From: an uncultured Pelagibacteraceae bacterium
GTDB lineage: Bacteria; Pseudomonadota; Alphaproteobacteria; Pelagibacterales; Pelagibacteraceae
DNA: 64,000 nt
Direction: 5' to 3'
Assembly (NCBI GenBank): GCA_902635335.1
Contig: CACPNO010000001.1
Span: 95,018-159,017, forward strand
The notes under the pieces are model-generated. The model was not told where the DNA came from. It made no database searches and was given only the letters and a program-made list of their open reading frames with translations. Below are positions 57,709-64,000 of the stretch, in pieces. How positions within the stretch are numbered: position 1 is the first letter of the stretch; each line of letters begins with the position of its first letter. The translations under genes were made by a program, and so were the position numbers.

Positions 57709-58305
57709 TTACTTTTCTAATAAAAAAATACCTAATTCAGATATTAGGTTTTTATATCTCAAATTTGAAGTTGTAATATTTGAAATTTTCTCTCCATTTA
57801 AAGAAATTGATTTATAAATATTAACTCTTTTGTTGTTACAAAAATTATAAAAGTCTTGAATTGTGCACATATGTAGGTTGGGAGTATTATACCATTGATA
57901 AGGTAAATTCTTTGTAACTGGCATTTCTCCTTTTAATAGTAAATCTAGTCTAACTTTCCAATGTCCGAAATTTGGAATTGTAACAATTACCTTTTTTCCC
58001 ACTCGTAATAAATTTTCAATGACGTTTTCTGGGCTCATAAATGCTTGAAGAGTTTGACTTAGTATTACGTAATCAAATGATAAATCTGGAAATTGCTTTA
58101 AATCATTCTCTGCGTCACCTTCAATAACAGTTAAACCATTAGACAAACATTTTTTTACTTTTTCTTTAGAAATTTCAAGCCCTCTGACATCTACCACTTT
58201 ATTTTTTGATAGATATTCCATCAAAATTCCATCACCACATCCAACGTCCAAGACTCTTGATTTTTCCTCAATAAACTTGGAAATGACCTTAAATTCTTCT
58301 TTCAT
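57709..58305 (-). CDS. metW: Methionine biosynthesis protein MetW
   Basis: VLDVGCGDG, LSQTLQ, PNFGHW and WYNTPNLH. Follows metX. Confidence 0.95.
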   Translation of the reverse strand: MKEEFKVISKFIEEKSRVLDVGCGDGILMEYLSKNKVVDVRGLEISKEKVKKCLSNGLTVIEGDAENDLKQFPDLSFDYVILSQTLQAFMSPENVIENLLRVGKKVIVTIPNFGHWKVRLDLLLKGEMPVTKNLPYQWYNTPNLHMCTIQDFYNFCNNKRVNIYKSISLNGEKISNITTSNLRYKNLISELGIFLLEK

Positions 58306-59422
58306 TAATATTAGAATAAGTTGTATTTAAATAATTTTTAATAGTGCTTAAAAAATCTGGTACGTCTAACAAAAAGGAATCGTGGCCTTTGTCAGTTTTA
58401 ATTTCTACAAAACCAACATCGGCACCAATTGCATTAAGCGCTATTACAATATCTTTATTCTCAGAGGTTGGGTATAACCAATCAGAAGTAAAGGAAATGA
58501 TGAAAAATTTTGTTTTGGTATCTTTAAATGCTTTGGAAAGGTTTCCTCCAAATTGTTTAGTTAAATCAAAATAATCCATTGCTCTAGTGATATACAAATA
58601 ACTATTTGCATCGAATCTATCTACAAATACAGAACCTTGATATCTCAAATAACTCTCAATTTGAAAGTCAGCATCAAATCCAAATTTTAAATCAGATCTT
58701 TCTTGAAGATTCCTTCCAAACTTTTCTTGCAAACCTTGTTTTGATAAATAAGTGATATGAGCAGCCATTCTAGCAACAGCCAAACCTTTATCTGGATTTG
58801 TTGATTTTTCATCATACAATCCTTCTTTCCAATTGCTATCAGACATTATTGCTTGTCTTCCAAGTTCATTAAAAGCAATATTTTGAGCTGAATGACTAGC
58901 CGTACAAGCAATTGGTAAAGCTACTCTAGCCTTATTCGGAAAGTTTGATACGAATTGTAAAACTTGCATTCCACCCATGGATCCGCCAGCAACTGCAAAT
59001 AATTTTTCTATTTTTAAGTAATCTAATAGATTGTATTGAGCGTTAACCATATCGTTAATTGTAATTACAGGAAAATTTGTACCTATAGGTTTATTGGTCA
59101 AAGGATCAATAGTTCCTGGTCCGTAGGATCCCATACATCCACCAATGACATTCGCACATATAACAAAAAATTTATCTGTATCGAATGACTTGCCTGGACC
59201 AACTGCATAGTTCCACCAACCCTCTTTTTTTGTAATTGGATTGATGCCTGAAGCATACTGGTCGCCAGTTAGTGCATGAAAAATTAATATAGCATTATCT
59301 TTCTTCTCATTAAGATTTCCATAAGTCTCATAAGCTAAAGGAAATTTAGATATTTCTTTGCCACAATCAAGTTTAAGAGTTTTCTCAATAATTATATTTT
59401 TCATTTTATTTAAATTGCTCAT
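58289..59422 (-). CDS. metX: Homoserine O-acyltransferase
   Basis: HALTGD, GGSMGG, SDWLY and GHDSFLL. Alternative start at 59404. Confidence 0.96.
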   Translation of the reverse strand: MSNLNKMKNIIIEKTLKLDCGKEISKFPLAYETYGNLNEKKDNAILIFHALTGDQYASGINPITKKEGWWNYAVGPGKSFDTDKFFVICANVIGGCMGSYGPGTIDPLTNKPIGTNFPVITINDMVNAQYNLLDYLKIEKLFAVAGGSMGGMQVLQFVSNFPNKARVALPIACTASHSAQNIAFNELGRQAIMSDSNWKEGLYDEKSTNPDKGLAVARMAAHITYLSKQGLQEKFGRNLQERSDLKFGFDADFQIESYLRYQGSVFVDRFDANSYLYITRAMDYFDLTKQFGGNLSKAFKDTKTKFFIISFTSDWLYPTSENKDIVIALNAIGADVGFVEIKTDKGHDSFLLDVPDFLSTIKNYLNTTYSNINERRI

Positions 59423-59455
59423 AAAAATTTTGCTGAAATGAATTGTGAGAAAAAA

Positions 59456-59510
59456 AACTTATTTAGCAGGTTTTTTAAAGCGCTCGCAATTCAGTTAAAT
59501 CAGCGCAAAA
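59456..59510 (-). ncRNA. SAM-II riboswitch aptamer upstream of metX
   Basis: Minus strand GCGCTGATTTAACTGAATTGCGAGCGC-tttaaaaaacct-GCTAAATAAG has the SAM-II core (UGAUUU, UUGC, GCUAAA), and its pseudoknot pairings are maintained by compensatory changes. Confidence 0.92.
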
Positions 59511-59512
59511 AG

Positions 59513-59541
59513 CTTTTATAAGATAGCTTTTTAGATGTCAA
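59513..59541 (-). promoter_or_regulatory. Probable promoter for SAM-II/metXW
   Basis: TTGACA at 59541-59536 (minus) and TATAAAAG at 59520-59513 just upstream of the aptamer. Confidence 0.55.
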
Positions 59542-59605
59542 TTTTTTTAGAATTATTGATTGTATTATCTAATTATCTGACTATTTATTAATAAAACTAA
59601 GCATC

Positions 59606-60691
59606 ATGAATACTCCATTATTTAGAAAATTAAACCTAGAGGCCTACAAGCCTGGAAGATCCTTCTTAAATAAAAAAAAAAGTATTATAAAACTATCAGC
59701 TAATGAGTCAGCCCTAGGCATGAGCAAAAATGCTAATAAAGCAATAATAAAATCCAAAAATAATATATCAAAGTATCCAGATGGAAAATTTAAGGAATTA
59801 ACATCCACAATTTCAAAAAAATATAATTGCAAGCAAAATCAGATTATCTGTGGATCAGGATCTGATGAAATTATTCAAATGATTTGTCAGTTATTTTTGA
59901 ACAAAGGAGACGAAGTAGTCGTGCCAGAGTACAGTTTTTTAATGTACAGAATTTATGCAAAAATAGTAGGGGCAAAAGTTATATTTTCTAAAGAAAAAAA
60001 TTTTAAAGTCTCAAACGATGAAATTATAAAAAAAACAACTAATAGAACTAAGATTGTATTTATAGCTAATCCAAATAATCCTACAGGCACATATATTTCT
60101 AAAAATCAACTGTTGGACCTAAGGAGGCGATTAAATAAAAAAATTTTATTGGTGGTTGATGATGCGTATTTTGAATATATGTTAAATAAAGATTATAGAT
60201 CAGGCCTGGAACTTTTTAAAAATCAAAATAACGTATTTATATTAAGAACTTTTTCAAAAATTTATGGTCTTGCATCTTTAAGAGTTGGATGGGGTTATGG
60301 AAGTAAAAAAATTATAGATGCTTTATATAAAATTAAACCACCATTTAATGTAAATAAGATAGCACAGGAATGTGCAGTTGAATCTCTTAAAGATAAAAGT
60401 TTTATAAAAAAATCTGTAAAACATAATCTAGATTGGGCTATAAAAATAAAAAAAATAATGAATTCTTATAGTATTCAAACAAATGAAGTTGGACCAAATT
60501 TTTTTCTTTTAGATTTTAAACGTTGTAAGTTAAATGCAAGATTTGTTGAGAAAAATCTTGAAAAATCAGGAATTGTTCTTAGAGAGATGAATTCGTATGG
60601 TATTAAAAATTGTTTAAGGCTTACAATTGGAAATGTGAAAGAAAATATACTTTTTATTAAACAGATGAAAAAAATTTTTAAAAATGTTTAA
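59606..60691 (+). CDS. hisC: Histidinol-phosphate aminotransferase
   Basis: KLSANES, GSDE, NPNNPTG, DDAY and RTFSKIYGLASLRVG. Confidence 0.94.
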   Translation: MNTPLFRKLNLEAYKPGRSFLNKKKSIIKLSANESALGMSKNANKAIIKSKNNISKYPDGKFKELTSTISKKYNCKQNQIICGSGSDEIIQMICQLFLNKGDEVVVPEYSFLMYRIYAKIVGAKVIFSKEKNFKVSNDEIIKKTTNRTKIVFIANPNNPTGTYISKNQLLDLRRRLNKKILLVVDDAYFEYMLNKDYRSGLELFKNQNNVFILRTFSKIYGLASLRVGWGYGSKKIIDALYKIKPPFNVNKIAQECAVESLKDKSFIKKSVKHNLDWAIKIKKIMNSYSIQTNEVGPNFFLLDFKRCKLNARFVEKNLEKSGIVLREMNSYGIKNCLRLTIGNVKENILFIKQMKKIFKNV

Positions 60692-61583
60692 AAATATATT
60701 AATCGTTGGTTGTGGGTTAATTGGATCTTCAATTTTAAGGGCATCTATAAATAAAAAAACTTCCAAAAACTTATTTGTTTTCGAAAAATCAAAAAAAAAT
60801 ATTAGAGAAATTAAAAAAATAAATAAAAAAATAATTATTTTAAAGAAATTAGATAATAAAATCTCAGATATTGATCTTATTATACTTGCAACTCCGATGA
60901 GTCAGTATGAAAGAGTTATCCCATATTTAAATAAGTATTTAAGTAAAAAATCTTTAATTACCGATGTAGGCTCCACAAAGGAAAATATTAGAAAATTAAA
61001 AAATAATTGTCTTTCAAAGTCACTTGACTGGATTATGAGTCATCCTATATCTGGATCAGAGGTAAGTGGACCAAAGTATGGAAGTGAAAGTCTATTTATT
61101 AATAAATGGTGTATAGTTTTTAGTGACAAAAACAAAATTAAACAGAAAAAATTAGTTAATTTTTGGAAAAAGATTGGTTCTAAAGTAATAATTATGGATG
61201 AGAAAGTTCACGATAAGATATTTTCAATTACAAGTCATTTACCCCACTTAATAGCTTACAATTTAATAAAGACCGCCCAAGATTTTCAAAAAACTCAAAA
61301 AAAAGATATAATTAAATTTAGCGCAGGAGGGTTAAGAGATTTTTCAAGGATAGCTGCATCAAACGAAATAATGTGGAGAGATATTTTTTTTAACAACAAA
61401 AAAAATGTTGTTAGTGCAATAAACTTATTTATCAAAAATTTAAAATCTTTTAAAAAAAATATTGAAAATTTAGATGACAATACTTTGAGAAAAAAATTAG
61501 TAAATTCAAAAAAAGTAAGAAAGCAAATATTGAATTTAAAACAAGATATAGCGAAACCAGATTTTGGAAGAGATCAAAACTAA
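60684..61583 (+). CDS. tyrA: Prephenate/cyclohexadienyl dehydrogenase
   Basis: GCGLIG, TDVGSTK, HPISGSE, SHLPH and GLRDFSRIA. Confidence 0.93.
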   Translation: MFKNILIVGCGLIGSSILRASINKKTSKNLFVFEKSKKNIREIKKINKKIIILKKLDNKISDIDLIILATPMSQYERVIPYLNKYLSKKSLITDVGSTKENIRKLKNNCLSKSLDWIMSHPISGSEVSGPKYGSESLFINKWCIVFSDKNKIKQKKLVNFWKKIGSKVIIMDEKVHDKIFSITSHLPHLIAYNLIKTAQDFQKTQKKDIIKFSAGGLRDFSRIAASNEIMWRDIFFNNKKNVVSAINLFIKNLKSFKKNIENLDDNTLRKKLVNSKKVRKQILNLKQDIAKPDFGRDQN

Positions 61584-62335
61584 ATCGATATAATTTTAAT
61601 CACTTTTAAATTTGTAGTCTTTTCAATTAATTTAATGGTTTTTATTATTGGCATTTTTATTACTTTTTTTCTTGGACCATATGCATGAATTAATTCTTTT
61701 GTATTTAAACAAACTGCAACATGTCCTTTCCAAAAAATAATATCTCCTTTCTTAAATACTCTTTTATTCTTAACACCTTTTTTGATTTTAACTTGATCTT
61801 TTGTATCTCTAGGAAAGAACTTATGGTTATATTTGTAAAAAATTTGGAGTAATGCCGAACAATCAATACCGTCAAAAGTTTTACCACCCCATTTATATTT
61901 AATATTCAAAAAAAGTTTTAATATTTTACTAAAATTATAATTTCTTTTATTTAATCTTTGTAATTCGTTTAATTTTATCCATTTATTTTTTTCAAACATT
62001 ACAAAGTTATTTTCTTTATTTAAAATCTGAATTTCAGATGAAAATGGAAGGTATTTTTTTGTTAAAAATTTAATATTGTTTTTTGGTTTATTATAAATCT
62101 TTGATTTTAATATACTGACTTTGTGGGTTTTGTTTAAAACTTTATTAAATTTTTTGATTTTTATAAAACCTAAGTAATTGTCAAAATCAGTTCTGATCTT
62201 AAAAAAATCTTTTTTTTTTCCAATTATCCTAAATTTTTCACCATAAATTAATTGTGTACTTATATTTGATTTCTTTGAGGCCAGCTCATAGACGTTTAAA
62301 TAGGAATTCTTACAGAAATAGCTATTTTGAAACAA
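61580..62335 (-). CDS. NlpC/P60 (C40) peptidase with N-terminal SH3-like region
   Basis: YKWGG, GIDCSAL and WKGHVA. TTG start overlapping the ampG end. Confidence 0.88.
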   Translation of the reverse strand: MFQNSYFCKNSYLNVYELASKKSNISTQLIYGEKFRIIGKKKDFFKIRTDFDNYLGFIKIKKFNKVLNKTHKVSILKSKIYNKPKNNIKFLTKKYLPFSSEIQILNKENNFVMFEKNKWIKLNELQRLNKRNYNFSKILKLFLNIKYKWGGKTFDGIDCSALLQIFYKYNHKFFPRDTKDQVKIKKGVKNKRVFKKGDIIFWKGHVAVCLNTKELIHAYGPRKKVIKMPIIKTIKLIEKTTNLKVIKIISI

Positions 62336-63695
62336 TTTTAACTTTATTCCTTATAAACCAAAGACAAATTAGTGATGGTATCACCATTACAGTTGTTATT
62401 ACAAAAAATGTACCCCAGTCCCCATTTAACCAATCTACTAGTGCACCTGATGAAGAGGCAAGGGTAGTTCTTCCAGCAGTTCCAATGGATGCTAATAATG
62501 CATATTGAGTTGCAGTATAGGTCCTATCTACTAGTAAAGAAATAAAAGCAACAAATGCAACTGTTGCAAATGCAGCTGTTATATCATCAGCTATTACAGC
62601 TATTGCAAATAATAATTCTGATTTACCTGTCCAGGCCAATAATGCGAAAAGTAAATTAGTAACAGCCATCAAACCTCCAGCAAAAAACATAGTTTTGACT
62701 GTTCCAGCTCTCATCGCCATTACACCACCTATTAAAGTGAAAACTACGGTTGTTATCCATCCTAATCCTTTAGAATAAATTGCTATTTGTCCTTTTGAAA
62801 ATCCAACTTCTTTATAAAAAACAATAGACATACGTCCTAAAAATGCCTCACCTATTTTAAATAAAAACACAAATCCCAATATCCCAACTGCAATTGCAAA
62901 ACCATTTTTCTTGAAAAAACTTATTATTGGTCCACCAATAGTTCCCGAAATGTAAGCAATAAAATTTGTTAAAACATTATTTGATCCAAGCTTGTTTATA
63001 ATCATTTGATCTGTTTCTTTTTGACTATTTTGTCTGTTATTATCAATTGGTTCATGAACAAACATTAAACAAATATTCATTAAAATAATTAAAACACCTA
63101 AAACTAAAAAAGTAGCTTGCCAATAATCTGCTACTCCCATATTTTGAAAAAATTCAGCTGTAAATAATGCTACAACGCCTCCTAATTTATAACCGGTCCA
63201 CCAACCAACTACTGCCATAGCTGCACCTGCTGCCATGGATTTGCCCTCATTTGCATCAATTTGTTCAATTCTTAAAGCATCAACAGTTATATCTTGAGTT
63301 GCAGAAGCTATCGCAATTATTAATCCAACACTAATCAAAAGTGCTAAATTTTGTGTAGGATTTATAAAACTCCAAACTATCAAGCTGAGTAAAATGATTA
63401 ATTGCATTAAGACGATCCAACCTCGTCTATGTCCCAATTTTTTTGTCAAAAGTGGAATTTGTATTCTATCAATTATTGGAGCCCATAAATAATTAAATGC
63501 ATACACGCCAAATATTAATCCTGCCCAACCAATTGTTGATCTACTTAACCCCTCTTCTTTTAACCAAAGACTTAGGCTGCTTGCAATTAATACCCAAGGA
63601 AAACCACTTATTGCTCCAAGAAGCAATATTCTTAACATTCTAATATCTTTATAAACTAATAAAGATTCTACCCAAGTTTGTTTAGTTTCAGACAT
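62322..63695 (-). CDS. ampG: AmpG-family muropeptide MFS permease
   Basis: SGFP, LWAPIIDR, GHRRGW, SATQDITVDA and TATQYALL. Start ATG 63695. Confidence 0.92.
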   Translation of the reverse strand: MSETKQTWVESLLVYKDIRMLRILLLGAISGFPWVLIASSLSLWLKEEGLSRSTIGWAGLIFGVYAFNYLWAPIIDRIQIPLLTKKLGHRRGWIVLMQLIILLSLIVWSFINPTQNLALLISVGLIIAIASATQDITVDALRIEQIDANEGKSMAAGAAMAVVGWWTGYKLGGVVALFTAEFFQNMGVADYWQATFLVLGVLIILMNICLMFVHEPIDNNRQNSQKETDQMIINKLGSNNVLTNFIAYISGTIGGPIISFFKKNGFAIAVGILGFVFLFKIGEAFLGRMSIVFYKEVGFSKGQIAIYSKGLGWITTVVFTLIGGVMAMRAGTVKTMFFAGGLMAVTNLLFALLAWTGKSELLFAIAVIADDITAAFATVAFVAFISLLVDRTYTATQYALLASIGTAGRTTLASSSGALVDWLNGDWGTFFVITTVMVIPSLICLWFIRNKVKIVSK

Positions 63696-64000
63696 TAATA
63701 TTTTCTCCAAAAAGATGGAATAAATAATACTAATACAGCAAACAATTCTAATCTACCTAAAATCATCGCTAAACTTAAAACCCATTTAGAAAAATCAGAT
63801 AAATTAGAAAAATTACCATTTGGACCAATAATATCACCTAAACCAGGGCCTACATTTGATATTGAAGTGGCTGCGGCTGATATTGAGGTTGTCAAATCTA
63901 AACCGCTTGTTGATAAAAGGGCAGTTATAACAAAAAAAATTACAACATATAAAAATATAAAAGATATTATTGATGCTAAAAATTTTTCATCAATATTATT
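63695..64000 (-). CDS. trkH: Trk potassium uptake membrane protein, 3' end only
   Basis: SNVGPGLG selectivity motif and MILGRLEL. Runs off the window end. Confidence 0.92.
   Translation of the reverse strand, partial: NNIDEKFLASIISFIFLYVVIFFVITALLSTSGLDLTTSISAAATSISNVGPGLGDIIGPNGNFSNLSDFSKWVLSLAMILGRLELFAVLVLFIPSFWRKY

Noticed and set aside
59456-59510. SAM-V riboswitch or SAM-II/SAM-V tandem
   Set aside because: The sequence follows the SAM-II pattern and the remaining ~35-nt leader has no second aptamer core.

Overview
Very AT-rich, gene-dense alphaproteobacterial DNA with tiny intergenic spaces. It is almost certainly a SAR11/Pelagibacteraceae chromosome segment (dmdC-dmdB-dmdA cluster, ffh leader RNA, SAM-II-metX). 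1-13.8 kb is a small-organic-acid region: LldD-type and Dld-type hydroxy-acid oxidases, an aminotransferase, a glyoxylate/hydroxypyruvate reductase and a TakP-type TRAP transporter with oversized membrane subunits. These face a convergent three-gene operon (GGT/Ntn amidohydrolase, oxalate-CoA-ligase-like enzyme, PanE-like reductase) that reads as an oxamate/oxalate-to-glyoxylate route. 18.3-50.4 kb is one co-directional core block: ffh-rpsP-trmD-rplS-leuCDB-dmdCBA-asd-sdhCDAB-mmsA-mdh-sucCDAB-lpd-priA-atpHAGDC. 50.4-59.4 kb is a minus-strand block running metXW-gloB, rplU-rpmA-obgE-proBA-nadD-rsfS-ctpA-rppH. The window ends with hisC-tyrA and trkH-ampG-NlpC. No tRNA, rRNA, CRISPR or mobile element was seen. 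The strongest leads are (1) the putative oxamate/oxalate assimilation operon, (2) a succinate dehydrogenase in which both heme-b axial histidines are replaced, (3) a SAM-II riboswitch followed by a U-tract and an anti-aptamer strand instead of a Shine-Dalgarno, and (4) a TRAP DctM with a ~330-aa Cys-flanked coiled-coil tail. Family assignments come from motif recognition and recalled reference sequences, not from database searches.
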